From assembly GCF_009914755.1 (NCBI RefSeq), contig NC_060930.1: a DNA stretch of 64,000 nucleotides. The stretch is one strand, 5' to 3'. A program made the position numbers and the translations under genes. Positions 14,455 to 29,236 of the stretch are shown in pieces (position 1 is the stretch's first letter; each line of letters opens with the position of its first letter). The notes below the pieces were generated by a model that did no database searches, was not told the DNA's origin, and saw nothing but the letters and a program-made list of their open reading frames with translations. The stretch comes from the human T2T-CHM13v2.0 reference genome, Homo sapiens.

Positions 14455-14750
14455 GGTCAGGCAAGGTGGCTTATGCCTGTAATCCTCAGCACTTTCGAAT
14501 GCCAAGGAGAGTGGCTTGACTTGAGCCCAGGAGTTTGAGACCAACCTGGGCAACATGGCAAAATCCTGTTTCTACACAAAATTAAAAAAAAAAATTAACT
14601 GGGCATGGTGGTGCATGCCTGTAGTGCCATCTACTTAGGAGGCTGAGGTGAGAGGATCACCTGAGCTCGTGAGGCCAAGGCTACAGTGAGCCACGATCGT
14701 GCCACTGCATTCCAGCTTGGGCAACAGAGTGAGACCCTGTCTCAAAAAAA
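14455..14750 (+). mobile_element. AluJ, full length
   Basis: cttgagcccaggagtttgagacc; gaggatcacctgagc..gaggccaaggctacagtgagcc (J-type right arm). Confidence 0.92.
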
Positions 14751-16980
14751 TATGTTTTTATTCTTACTTGGAAACTCACAATTTTCTATCACAATGGAGG
14801 AAACAAAAGAACTCTCGAAAATTGTTTTCAGAGGGAAGTGAGTTTATATTTGCAGAAAATTTAAGGGAGTAGATTGTTCTGTCTTCCACAGGAAATTTCA
14901 TGACACAAAATATAGAAGATAATCCGAAGCAAAAATTATCTGCCTGTTGAGGTCTGAATCAGGATGTGAAAGTTGCTCAGAGACAAGACATTGAGCAAAA
15001 TATATGAGGAAAAAAATATTCAGTCCTACTGGTTCCTATCTCCACCTACCCACCTCACCAGGATTGCTAATGGTGATTGCTAGTGGGCTGTATTCCAAGG
15101 ACTTAGTATCAAGTAATTTAAGATTTTCTGTTGTATCTCGACCCAAGAAGAATCAATCTTCTTGACTCTTCTCCCCCTGACTACACACATTCAAATTTTG
15201 TAAAGTATGATTCCCTCTTTCATTGACAGAAACACAACCAATATCCACAGTTTTTGCTTAGATGACCTACAAACATGTAAAGCTGTGAAAATCCTAGGAA
15301 ATGACTCCAATGCAAATAAATGCCAGCTCCAGAACTCTACCTGCATTCCTGAGCCAGGATGGAACTGTCCTGAGCCAGATGAGACCAACTTGCAGAATTC
15401 CAAATCCTGAGACTTCCTTTCCTTTCTGTTTCACACACATATTTTCTAATGTTAGTGTGTATAACCTGCTGACCTTTGCCCCCACTGGAATTTCTGAGCA
15501 AGCTACACATGCTCAGCAGGGTTAGGGAAGTAATTTGAGTTTCAACCACAGCGTTTTTAATTTTTTTACTTTAATCTTTATCCTTCAAACATGATGCCTT
15601 AGATACATTCTACCCCCCAAAATCTCAAAATATTAGTGGTAGAATGGTGACCCCTTCTCTCCCTTTTTCTTTTTTTTTTTTCTCTCTTCCAATTTGCTGA
15701 TTTTCCTACATTTTCTTCAATGAATTATGAGGTGAGGGAGATTTTCTTTAATTGCTTGAGGAAAAATTATACTCTTCTTCCTCTTAAAATATCAAGGAGC
15801 TTGCGCAAAGCTCTTAACTGGTTTGTTCTTAGCTGAGTATCAAAGGCAAGGTCAGAAGAATATGACACTTTTATGTATAGTAGCAATTTTTTAAGATAGG
15901 CTTTCTTTCTAAGCAGCTTAGGTCCTTCAGGTTCATATCCTGTATCCCTTTGTCATTTGGTAGCGCTAAGCCTCAGTTTTCATATCAGGAAAATGAAACT
16001 AATAATAGTTTATTATTCATGGTGGTGTTGAGAAGGATTACATCAGATCATCACAGCATGCATGCAGCACACTCATGTCCCCTGATCAAGCACACTTGTA
16101 AACATTTTCATTATTTTTATTGTTACTTTTGCCTTGGGATTCCTCTTCCAAAGCCAGAGCCCCTAATCCTGGATAGAAAGAGGACTCCAGCAGCATAACA
16201 GAGGCAAAGCTTTACTCCTAGCCTTCCCAGAGATTTCTCCCCAATGAACAGCCAGTCTTGTGACTGGAAACTGTGGGAAAGACCTCTAAGATGAAGATGT
16301 AATCTAGTGAGTATCCCATGACAGACCATCAAACCCACTGAATAAGACTGGACTGCTGCTCCAAACAGGCTCCCCAGGGACAAACGTTTACCCTGCCCTT
16401 ACTGACAGTCCCCAAAAAGCATGCTGTCAGTGACAGAGTGAAGGTGAGTGAAGCCCCCCTGAAGATGTCCCAGCGGGGAGGTGCACCCACAACATGGGTA
16501 TGAGGAGCGGATAACGTGAGGTAAAAGGAAGCCTGGGTCTGCAACTCATGTTGACAACATTACCCAGATTTCCCCAGACCCCACAGCTTTAACCCTATGT
16601 CCTAGAACCATGAGCTGGGAACACATGAACTCAGAATGGGGTTCACACATATCCCCAGATCCCAGAGTTTCCTGCCAGGCCTCTTGACTGGGAAATCTGT
16701 GCAGACCCTTATGGAGGTGCCAAGGCCATCTCCAAATTTTCCAGATTTATTGAAAAGATAACTTCCTGGCTGGGAATGTTCAAAGTAAACCACTAAACTG
16801 GAGAGGGAGAGACTTTCAGATTCCCTAAGGCCAGCTCACTGTTCTTTTGAATGCCCTGTACCATACCTAAGCCTTTAGAGACACTGGTGAAGTAAATGGT
16901 GAACTCTGGCTACTCTCTCAACCCAGAAGATTAGTCTAAGAAAGGTTTTCATGATATAAATGTTAGAAACTGATTATCTA

Positions 16981-17288
<308 letters not shown>

Positions 17289-18062
17289 TCAATCTCAAGA
17301 AATGGAGCTGCAGACACAGCATAACATTCCCCTGCATTTCTCAGTCTCCAAATTTGGGCCCAGAGCCCTGGAGACCCAGGAGGCTGAGAAGAGCAAAACA
17401 AGACATTTTGCCTCATGCTTCATTCCCATCTCCTGCAATTTCCTGTCAAATCTGCAGCTGTTTTCTACACCACGGCTTTACAAGGCTCATAGTAACCTCT
17501 CTCAGACAGAGGAAGACTCTAGGGTTCAACTGGGTCATCCTCCTGCCTCTCAGCAACTACACCCAACTCGTGAGATACACTCACATCTTTGTAAATTTGA
17601 CTTCCCTTAAATATCTTTTAATCTCTTTCCAGGTTGAAACTTTTATAGATGTCAGGGTTGCACATTCTGATGTAGAGTAAGAAGGAAGGAGTTGTTCCCT
17701 AAATTTTCCCTTTCTTCCCATGTGCAGAGTTTCTGATTTGCACTTAACAGGAGGCTTTGTAACATGTACACCACAGCCATGTATTACAGAAACCACAGGT
17801 TTCCAGTGAATACTCCTAGGTTGGTTCAGTCCTTTGTGCAATGTACAAAATCTGGTTACATTTCAGGTCCTGGAACTTCCTGAGATATAAGGGATGATGG
17901 GGAGGAAGTGTTAAAGGTAAATGTGGTTTTGAGCCAGGATGATTGAGGCGTGGTCTCTGATAGAATAAGCAAGTCAAGAAGCAGAAAAACATTATAAAAG
18001 TTAAGATAGCAAGAGAACAGATTTGTGCGCACATTTTAGTTCATCAATGGGAGTGGAATCAT

Positions 18063-18327
18063 GTATTTACTTATTTAGAGAGAAGGTCTTGCCTTGTCTC
18101 CCAGGCTGGAGTACAGTGATCATGTGTGATCACGGCTCACTGCAGCCTTAACCTCCTAGCTCAAGCGATCCTCACACCTCAGCCCCTTTTCCCACACTCC
18201 CAGGTAGCTGAGACTATAGGCATGCACCACCACGCCTGGCTAGTTTTTATTTTATTGTACAGATGGGGTCTCACTATGTTGCCCTGGCTTGTCTCAAACT
18301 GGGGCTCAGGTGATCCTCCTGACTGAG
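18063..18327 (-). mobile_element. AluJ, partial/diverged
   Basis: gatcacggctcactgcagcct..., ggggtctcactatgttgccc. Confidence 0.88.
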
Positions 18328-18729
18328 TAAAATCATTTTAGAGGGCTTTACACCTTCATTCTGGATTCAGAAAATATGAATCTCATTAGATAAATGAGAT
18401 TGTTTCTAAAGACTTGAGGCAGGGAAGATTGCTGTGCTGCAGAAACTATTATTTGTCACAGGAGGTAACTGGAAGCATAGGAAGGAGATCCTGCAAGATA
18501 ATATGAAAAATTATTTGATACTTATATATAGATTTAATAATTCTTCCATTTCTGGCATAGTCTTCAAGGAAAAGGGAAATTGTAGGGGTGATTGTAGGGG
18601 AACTAACAAGGCTTCCTCTCCCTAAGTCAACTCTGAGTTCTGAACACATTTCAGTATTTGAGAACAGTTCTCAAGTCCCCCCAAAACCTTCTATTTTTTA
18701 GTAGAATAGTCTCAGTTCCATCAAGTGAT

Positions 18730-19470
18730 GGTTTCCAAAACCCTCAACACTCACTCTCTTCTGGATATGTTTTAGTTCATCAATATTCTTCTAAAAATAT
18801 AGCATCTAGACTAGCAGAAAATCTCTAAATGCCATCTGATCTGGTAAAAATTCAACAGATCTATCATCTCCCTTGTGCTGGCCACATTTTTCCCCTCAAT
18901 GCAACTTAATGCCACATTGGATTATTTGCTGCAATGAGGCAGTCACAATTGGCTTGTATTGCCTTTGCAGTCAATTAATTCCAGTTTGTCTTTTTCAAAT
19001 AAATTACTAGTTTATACTTATGCAATTATTTTGTTTTGTTTTTTGTCTGACTAAAGGCAAAAATTAACCCTTGTTAAATTATATTATGTAGATTTTAGCT
19101 GCCTGCCAATGAGCTTATTAAGGCCATTTTGAATCTGGATACTGACTTCTCATTAACCATCCTTCCCAGCTATATGTCATTCCCAAATTGGTAATCAGGC
19201 CAGTTACGACTTCTCTCAAATGTTCAATAAAAATATTCAGCTGTGGGGAGAGAAACAAGCCAAGACCACTGTGGCATACGCTATTATTTTCCTCCTTCTC
19301 AACTGGGTTCTTCTTCAGGATCATATTGTTAGTGTTCACTTCATTAACTTAGAAAATATGCCATTCCATTATATAAGTCATTGAAAAACTTAATAACTTT
19401 TTTCACAATGCGTTTTTGATAAACTTCAATGGTTTGACGAAACGTAGAAGTAATTACTTCATTAAGAAAA
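18730..19470 (-). mobile_element. L3/CR1 LINE fragment (RT region)
   Basis: atccttcccagctatatgtcattcccaaatt and aataaaaatattcagc..agaccactgtggcatac resemble reverse-strand CR1 RT segments. Confidence 0.55.
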
Positions 19471-20316
19471 ATGTGTCTATGTTTTTAAATTGAATTAAAG
19501 AATAATGAAGTATTTTACTTGAGGCTCACATTTGGGTTAATGACATAATAATTTTCTAGCACTAGATCAAAGATGAAGGCCAAAGGGAGAGTTGAGAATC
19601 CATAAAATGGATGTATACCATAGGCTAGGATGTAGCTACTCAAACCTCAGCAGTATGTTGACATCACAATTACTTAATGATATTCCTGGATTTTTTATGA
19701 TTGCATAGGCACCTAAATCACTCTGGGGCTTAACATAAATAGAGCAATAAAAGGGAGCCATCTAAAATAGCATTAACCTTTTAAAATCATGTTTCCCATT
19801 GAGTATAAGCTAAGGAATTGGGGTAATTGAGTGACTCATTTTGGCATGATTATAAAAGGGGCAGAGGGGAAACGTGCAAATATGTTGATATTCATCTAAC
19901 AAATATTTTTAATAAATTAAATTGAGTCTATCCCTGGCTATGGATTCCTGAAGAATAATCACAGTTTATCAGTTAAATAATCTCCAGCCTAACCCGTATC
20001 CTCACCTTCTCTCATCTCCACCAAAGAAAATAATGAGATTTGACTTGCTGAGATGGATATGTATCTCACCCCAGCTATAACCTGAGCCTCTTTGACCAGT
20101 GAGTTTATGGGAAGGTCTTTTCCCTTCCAGGGGATCAGAGACCACCTGCTCTAAGAAGAGCAGGGAGAAAGTTGGACACACGCACAGAAAGTGGGGCATA
20201 GGGCTGGGTAGGGAAACTATTGCAGGGTAATGACGTTTCTCGTCCCTCCTCGGGTCCACCTGGCTGGCCTGGGTGTGGCAAGAATACTTCCGACTCATTC
20301 AAAGAAGCCTCACACT

Positions 20317-20447
20317 AGAGTGAGCAACCTTCCCAGTTTGTCCAGGACTAAGAGGTTGCCAGGAACTGAGATGTTGCCCAGCACAATGAACTTTTAATAC
20401 CAAAACTGAGAAAGCTCCAGTCACACTGTGATGAGTTGGTTACCTCA
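20317..20447. mobile_element. MER81/MER94-like hAT-Blackjack MITE
   Basis: tagagtgagcaacc..cccagtttgtccaggact ... gagttggttacctca degenerate TIRs. Confidence 0.65.
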
Positions 20448-20627
20448 TACACACAACTGAACAGGAGGATTGTAAGGGCTTATCCGAGTCCACAAATCTC
20501 TTCCCTTAATTCTCCCTGAAACCAAAACTAATGGGGGGTGGTGGGGGTAGGGGGTGGAGACCTGTTCTTAATGTTACCTGTCAAAGCTCAAGGTACTGAA
20601 TTTGACTCCTTCCTATGAATTCCTGAG

Positions 20628-20701
20628 GATGTGCAGGGTTGGTGGTTTATCATGGGCCATAATCCAAGATGTGAAGGGTGGGTGGTTTGTCATGGGCCAT
20701 A
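20628..20701 (+). repeat. Local tandem duplication, 40-bp period
   Basis: gatgtgcagggttggtggtttatcatgggccata / gatgtgaagggtgggtggtttgtcatgggccata. Confidence 0.9.
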
Positions 20702-20714
20702 TAACATTGTGGAC

Positions 20715-20920
20715 AGGAACAGAGACTCTGGTCTCAACTGCCTGAATCCAAATGCCGTGTGACCTGGAGAATTTTTCTTATCCTCTCTGTGCTTTCATGT
20801 TCTCACTTGTAAAATGGGAATGAGAGTAAGGCCTAACTCGTAAGTTTGCTGTGAGAATTAAATGAGTTATGATAAAGAGCTTAGTACATTACTGGTCACA
20901 TAGTCCATAAGCATCTGCTA
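20715..20920 (+). mobile_element. MIR SINE
   Basis: gactctggtctcaactgcctgaatccaaat..gtgtgacctgga...tgtaaaatgggaat...gtgagaattaaatgag. Confidence 0.8.
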
Positions 20921-20989
20921 TCATGTCTCTCTTTAGCAATCCAGCAGATCTCTGTTTGACCTTTGATCATTGCTTGTGGCGCGCTTTGT

Positions 20990-21330
20990 ATGATCATTCT
21001 TTCTCAGCTTCAAGCACCGTGCTAGATACTAAAAATACACTCATGAATAAGACTAAGTTCCAGCTCTGCCACGGCCACAGTATAGTGGGCAAGATAGACA
21101 AATTGGCAATTGTGCTAGTAAAGTAAGAAGTAGAACAAGAGTTAAGGAGTCTGTCATGGGATATCTTAGAGGGTGACACAATTCTGTCTTCCCAATTAAG
21201 AAAGTGATATCTAGAGTGACATCTGAAGGAGAAGGAATTGGTAGGACAAAGATAGGGAGGAGGCTGATAGGGCATTTCAGGCAGAGGGAAACAACAGCAT
21301 TTCGATAGCTGTAAAGTATGAGAAACATGT
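20990..21330 (-). mobile_element. L2 LINE 3' fragment
   Basis: caagcaccgtgctagatact...tgaataagac; gcatttcaggcagagggaaacaacagca. Confidence 0.7.
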
Positions 21331-21406
21331 CACTAAAACATTAAATTCCATGCCCTGTGAGTTCCACCGATAGACCTAAAGTTGCGGAAGAAAAAGAATT
21401 GTCTCC

Positions 21407-21702
<296 letters not shown>

Positions 21703-21709
21703 TTGTCTT

Positions 21710-22172
21710 CTATTCTCCCCTTCTTTCTTTTGGTAAGAAGACCCTGTTCTCTGCTGGGTTTTAGCCAAGTGCTTAGCCCCTGAGATTTCCTTGAAACTAA
21801 GCATGACCTTGTGACTAAGTTTTGGCTAACATGCCAACTTCCAGGATCCTTTTTTTTTTCCCTTTTTTTTTTTTTAAGGAATGTGCTTGCCCTCCACTTC
21901 CTCTCTCCCTCTTCCTATGGGCTGGAATATGTGGATTTGGAGTGAGCCAGGTTCCACAATGCTGATGAGTACAATATTTCAGGAGACAGCAGAACAGCAT
22001 GAAGAAAGAAACCTGGATCTGCAAGTGCCTAGCAGTGAGCAGACCCCACCAACACTGGGCCACTGCTTCTGGACCATCCTAATAAAGTAATGCAAACAAA
22101 CACGTGTCTCTTTTTAAAGCCATGATATTTGAGTGTCTCCTTATTATGACAGCTTCCTTATACCCTAAGTAA
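21710..22172 (+). mobile_element. Old MaLR LTR (MLT1I/J-like)
   Basis: gaccttgtgactaagttttggc, cttcctatgggctggaat, gaaagaaacctggatct, tttaaagcca..atttgagtgtct. Confidence 0.65.
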
Positions 22173-22514
22173 GAAAAAGATAAAGGGAAAAGAGGAATAA
22201 AGTTGAAAGAGGAAATGAAGTAGGTAGGAGAAAAGAAAAGGAGAAAGAGGAAGTATGAAAGCTGGAGAAAAATAAGGCTGACAAGAAAATTAAAAAAAAA
22301 AAATACTGTTTAAGCTTTCTAGTGGTTAAGTGACCTAGGATAGTAATATTTCCAAATAAGCAAATCTGGCAATTGAGGAAGAGTGGCCTGAATTAGTTAA
22401 GGACACAGGCAAGTGAAAAAGAGGCATGTTAGAGAGCTGGCCCAGGGACTGCTCTCCAGCCTCTCTGGCATCATGGCCTTCACTTCTTCATGTGGAAGGA
22501 AAACTTCCCTGATG

Positions 22515-22740
22515 AGCACTAACTTTATGTGGGTACTTTATATATGCTGAGTGCTTTGCATGCATCACCTCACTTAATCCTACAAGGACCCTAGAGCTAA
22601 GTACTGTCATCCCTACTTTCCATTTGAGGACTGAGAAATTAAATAATTTATCCAATATCACACAGATAGCAAGTCACCGAGATAGGATTTAAATCCAGTC
22701 AAGGCCCTCCATAGTCTGTCTAACTACTGCCTTATACTTC
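22515..22740 (-). mobile_element. MIR SINE
   Basis: gtgctttgcatgcatcacctcacttaatcctaca...tgaggactgag..aaataatttatccaatatcacacag. Confidence 0.8.
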
Positions 22741-23554
22741 ATACCAGGTTGGAGAGTCTTTAGGGAAGACCCTAAGGAATAGTGATAATGCTTCAAAGTT
22801 TCAAAGAAGTTGAAGTCTAACCAAAATAGGGATATATTTTCAGCTGCCTTAAAAAGAACACAGAAGAAATACAATTTGTATCAGTTTATCCACTCCACTG
22901 CTCATAGATGATGGGCTCACTGGGTGGTGGGGGTTGGGGGGGCACCTAGACCAAGGGCAGCCAATCTATAGTGTCACCACTGGATATGCCAGTTGCTACA
23001 GCTGCAAAAATATAAGCTGACCAATTAGAGTTACCCCATTATACATTTGAAGTTGAAAACATCAGCAGAATATCCAGTTATCTACAGGAGCTAACGTCTT
23101 GATGTTGAGGTAGAAGCTAGAGAAGACTTGGATAAGTTTGAAGTTAATAGCAAGCAGAAAGTATGAGAAGGGAGAAAAATGAATAAAGATGGTAAAGTTT
23201 CATGGGAAAGAGAGCATGTAGCCCATGAACGTGGGCCAGGAAGAATTGCACAGGTTAAGTTCAGGTCATTTGTATTCATAAAATAAAATAAAGCTCAGGA
23301 GATGGAGATGGAGCAAGTCGTTTTTTCTATGTAACCCTGAGAGTCAAAAGAGAAAGAAAAAAAAAAGAGTTGGGGGGAGCTTATTTATCTAAGACAGTGC
23401 TGGGAACCCCTATGAACCCTCATATTTGTTTAGGGTATCTTTGAGGTAAAAAACTATTTTAATAATAATAATAGAAAAAGGAGGAGGGGGAGGAGGAGGG
23501 AGAGTAAAAGGAGAAGGAGAGACATAATTTGTCCTTTTCACTCTCATTCTCTTA

Positions 23555-24358
<804 letters not shown>

Positions 24359-25672
24359 TCAAGTAAACAAATGTGTGACAGGCTAGATTTTCAATCAAAA
24401 TGCTACATCACAACAGATCAAATGAAGAAGCACATATGACAATCTAGTTATCTACTAATAACCCAAACATCAAAGAGGTTTGCAAAAATGTAAAGCAATA
24501 AATGTAAAAGTCTTCTCACTTTGTTTTGAAAAATAGTTATTTTTCATAAAAAATTGTATTATTTATGCTACCAAAAATGAGTTTTTATTATTTTTAAATG
24601 GATTAATAAACATTTTTAAATTTTGTCAGCTTTAATATCCACTAAGGTAAGTAAGATAGTCCACATAAACCTCTTTGGGGTCTCCAATAATTTTTAAGAG
24701 TGTAAAAGAGTCTTGAAACTGAAAATTTTGAGAATTGCCCCTCTTGTTTTTATTTTTAATAGACTTTATTTTTTAGAGCAGTTTTAGGTTCACAGCAAAA
24801 TTGAGCAAGAAGTACAGAGATTTCCTGTGCAGCCCCTTCCCCCACACATGCATAGATTCCCCTGCACTTACTATTCCCCACCAGAGTAGTTCACTGATTA
24901 TGTTTGGAGAACCTACATTTACATGTTATTATCACCCCAAATCCACAGTTTATATAAGTATTCACTCTTGATGTCGTGCATTCTGTAGATTTGGACAGTC
25001 ATTTAATGACATGTACTCACCATTAGATTATCGTACAGAATAGCTTTACTCCCTAAAAATCCTCTGTGTTCTGCCTTTCTCTACCTAAGCCCTGGCAACC
25101 ACTGATCTTTTTACCATCTCCATAGTTTTGCCTATTCCAGAATGTCATATAGTAATTGAAATTATACAGTATGTATAAGGAATATGCATTTCAGCCTCCT
25201 CTGTGTTTTTTCGTGACTTGATAGTTCATTTTTGTGTGCGCTAAATAATATTTCATTGTCTGGATGTACCACAGTTTGTCATCTAAATACCAAAAGACAT
25301 CTTGGCTACTTCCAAGTTTTGGCAATTAAGAATAAAGCTACTATAAACATCCACATATAGGCATTTGGGTGGACATAAATTTTCCGCTCCTTTGGGTAGA
25401 TATCAAGGAGCACGAATGCTAGATTATACGATAAGAGTATGTTTAGTTTTACAAAAAACCACCAAATTGTCTTCCAAAGTGGCCATACAATTTTGCATTT
25501 TCACCAGCAATGAATGAGAGTCCTTGCTGCTCCACACCTTTGCCAGCATTTGGTATTGTCAATATTCTGGATTTTGGACACTCTAAGAGGTGTATATTAG
25601 ATTGGTGCAAAAGTAACTGTGGTTTTGACTGTGAATTTTAAATCATTATAACTAGGCTCAAACATATCTTTA

Positions 25673-27040
25673 TTAATCAAAATAGGAACCATTACAATCA
25701 ACACATTTTTGCCAAGGAGAAACGTTTGTCTATTCCTGTAGCATGGAAGTCTGTGCTTCAGGGTTCAACAAAATCTTGGAAAGCGTTTTCTGCATCCTGC
25801 TGGTTGTGCAAGTGTTTTCCCTGCAAAAAGTTGTCAATATGCTTGAAGAAGTGGTAGTCGGTTGGCTAGAGGTCAGGTAAATATGGTGGATGAGGTAAAA
25901 CTTTGTAGCCCAATGCATTCAATTTTTGAAGCATTGGTTGTATGACATGCGGTTGGGCATTGACATGGAGAAGAATTGGGCCCTGTCTGTTGACCAGTGC
26001 CGGCTGCAGGCATTGCAGTTTTCAGTGCATCTCATCAATTTCCTGAGCATACTTCTTAGACGTAATGGTTTCGCTGGGATTCAGAAAGCTGTAGTGGATC
26101 AGACTGGCAGCAGACCACCAAAGAGTGACCATGACCCTTTTTTGGTACAAGTTTGTCTCTGAGGAATGCTTTGGAGCTTCTTCTCGGTCCAACCACTGAG
26201 CTGGTCATCATCGGTTGTGGTATAAAATCCACTTCACATTGCACATCACAATCCGATCAAAAAATGGTTTGTTGTTGTTGCATAGGATAACAGAAGACAC
26301 TTCAAAATGACGATTTTTTTTTATTTTCACTCAGCTGATAAGGCACCCACTTATCGAGCTTTTTCACCTTTCCAATTTTGCTTCAAATGCCAAATGACCA
26401 CAGAATGGCCAACAGAACTGCAGGAGAAGTTATTTGGCAACTTCTCCTGCAGTTGTAAGAGGATCAGCTTCGATGGTTGCTCTCAACTGGTTGTTGTCAA
26501 CTTTCAATGGCCGGCCACTATGATCCTCACCTTCAAGGCTCTTGTCTCCTTTGCTAAACTTCTTGAGCCACCACTGTCCTGTTAAGTTGGTTAACAGTTC
26601 CTGGGCCAAATGCACCGTTAATGTTGTGAGTTGTCTCCACTACTTTACACCCCATTTTGAACGCGAATAAGAAAATCACTCAAATTTTCTTTTTAAGTGA
26701 AATAACTCAAAAATGGAAAATCAAACATCATATGATATGTAGAAGCTAAGCTGCGAGCTCACTGATATGTAGAAGCTAAGCTGTGAGGATGCAAAGACGT
26801 AAGAATGATACAATGGATTTTGGGGACTTGGGGAGAAGAGTAGAAGGGAGGTGAAGGATAAAAGACAATAAATATGGTGCAGTGTATGCTGCTTGGGTGA
26901 TGGGTGCACCAGGATCTCACAAATTACCACTGAAAAACTTACTCATGTAACCAGATACCACCTGTACCCCAATAACTTATGGAAAAATAAAATAAAATAA
27001 TAATCATCATCATTTGCTTTTTGACTAACATCATTTCCAT
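25673..27040 (-). pseudogene. Hsmar1 transposase pseudogene
   Basis: ATG at 27040 (MEMML...), WWLKKFSKGDKSLEGEDHSGRPLKVDNNQLRATIEADPLTT, PPYLPDL*PTDY (stop after the YSPDL-like motif), C-terminal NGSYFD* ending 25673; frameshifts and L1 insertion. Confidence 0.92.
26695..27010 (+). mobile_element. L1PB-like 3' end inserted into Hsmar1
   Basis: gaggatgcaaagacgtaagaatgatacaatgga...gggtgatgggtgcacc...aacttactcatgtaacca; A-rich tail; degenerate TSD attttcttttt/atttgcttttt. Confidence 0.88.
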
Positions 27041-28054
27041 AGTCTAAAATAAATATAAAATTAAGAGCAATTAGTAAGTCATTAACAAAAGAAACATAAA
27101 GCAAGAATGCACATTAAAATGGTGTATAACATAACTACATTTATTTAAGAATGTATTCCAATATGAACAGCAAATTTCAACAATGCAAAAACTGCAAGTG
27201 TGTTTGCACCAACCTAATAGTAGTATCTTATTGTTGTTTTAATGTGCATTTTTCTAATGATATAAAATGTGGAGCATCTTTTCATGTGCTTATTTGTTAT
27301 GTGCATATCTTTTTGGTGAGGTATCTGTTAAGATCTTTAGCCATTTTTTAATTGGGTGGTTCATTTTCTGATTGACTGAGTTATAACAGTACTTCGTATA
27401 TTTTGGGTAACAGTCTTTTATCAGATATGTCTTTTGCAAATTTTCTCCCAGTCTATGCCTTGTCTTCTCATTCTCTTGACACTGTCTTTTGCAGAGCAAT
27501 TTTTATTTTTAATGAAGTCCAGCTTATCAATTGTTTTTTAGTATTATGCCTTTGGTTGTATCTAAAAAGTAATTACCAAACCCAAGGTCACCTAGATTTT
27601 TTTTTAGTTATCTTCTAGGAATTTCATAGTTTTGCATTTTATACTTAGGTCTACTTTTTCTCCATTGTATTAATTTTGCTCCCTTGTCAAAGACCAGTTG
27701 ACTATATTTAGGTGGGTCTGTTTCTAAGCTCTCTTTTCTGTTACATTTATCTGTTTGTCTTTTCTTTCACCAGTACCACATTGTCTTGATAACTGTAGCT
27801 TTACAGTAAATCTTGAGATCAGGTAATGGCAGTCCTCCAATCTGGTTCTGCTTCTTCAATATAGTGTTGATTATTCTGGGATTTTTGCCTTTTCATTTAA
27901 ACTTTAGGGTTAATTTGTCAAAATTCACAAAATAACTTGCCGAGATTTTGATTGGAATTGCAATGAATCTACCGATCAAGTTGAGAAGAACTGACATCTT
28001 GACACTCTTGTGTCTTCTTATCCATGAATACGGAATAACTCTTCATTTATTTAG

Positions 28055-28387
<333 letters not shown>

Positions 28388-28847
28388 TCTTTAATTTTTT
28401 AAAGCAGTTTGTAGTTCTCTTCATATAGATTTTTTACATATTTTGTTATAATTTACACCTAAGTATTTTATTTTGAGGGTGCTAATCTAAACAGTATGAT
28501 ATTATAGTTTTTATTTCAAATTCTACTTGCTCATTGCTGGTATAAAGGAAAGCAATTAATTTTTTATATTAACCTCATATCTTGCAACCTTGCTATAATT
28601 GCTTATCAATTCCAGGAAGGATTTTTGCTTTTGTTTGGTTTATTTTTTTCATATTTTCTACACAGACAATCATATCATCTGTGAACAAAGATAGTTTTAT
28701 TTATTTTATCCTCATAACTATACCTTTTGTTTCCTTTGTTATCCTATTGCATTAGGTAGAACTTCCAGTATGACCTTGAAAAGGAGTGGTGAAAAGGTAT
28801 ATCCTTGCCTAGTTCTTGATCTTGTTGGGAAATCTGGTTTCTTGTAA

Positions 28848-29236
<389 letters not shown>

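Larger units (their letters stand above)
25597..27217 (-). mobile_element. Hsmar1 mariner transposon, full length, inactivated
   Basis: TIRs ttagattggtgcaaaagtaactgtggtttt (25597-) and ..tttgcaccaacctaa (-27217), TA duplication at 25595-25596 and 27218-27219; about 1.29 kb once the L1 insert is removed. Confidence 0.96.

Noticed and set aside
15207-15410. Cys/Asn-rich 67-aa ORF
   Set aside because: Short, no recognisable domain or splice framework; expected by chance
18379-18401. 9-bp hairpin aatctcatt/aatgagatt (and the near-palindrome tataaccttaagttata at 30711)
   Set aside because: AT-rich, within chance expectation and without informative context
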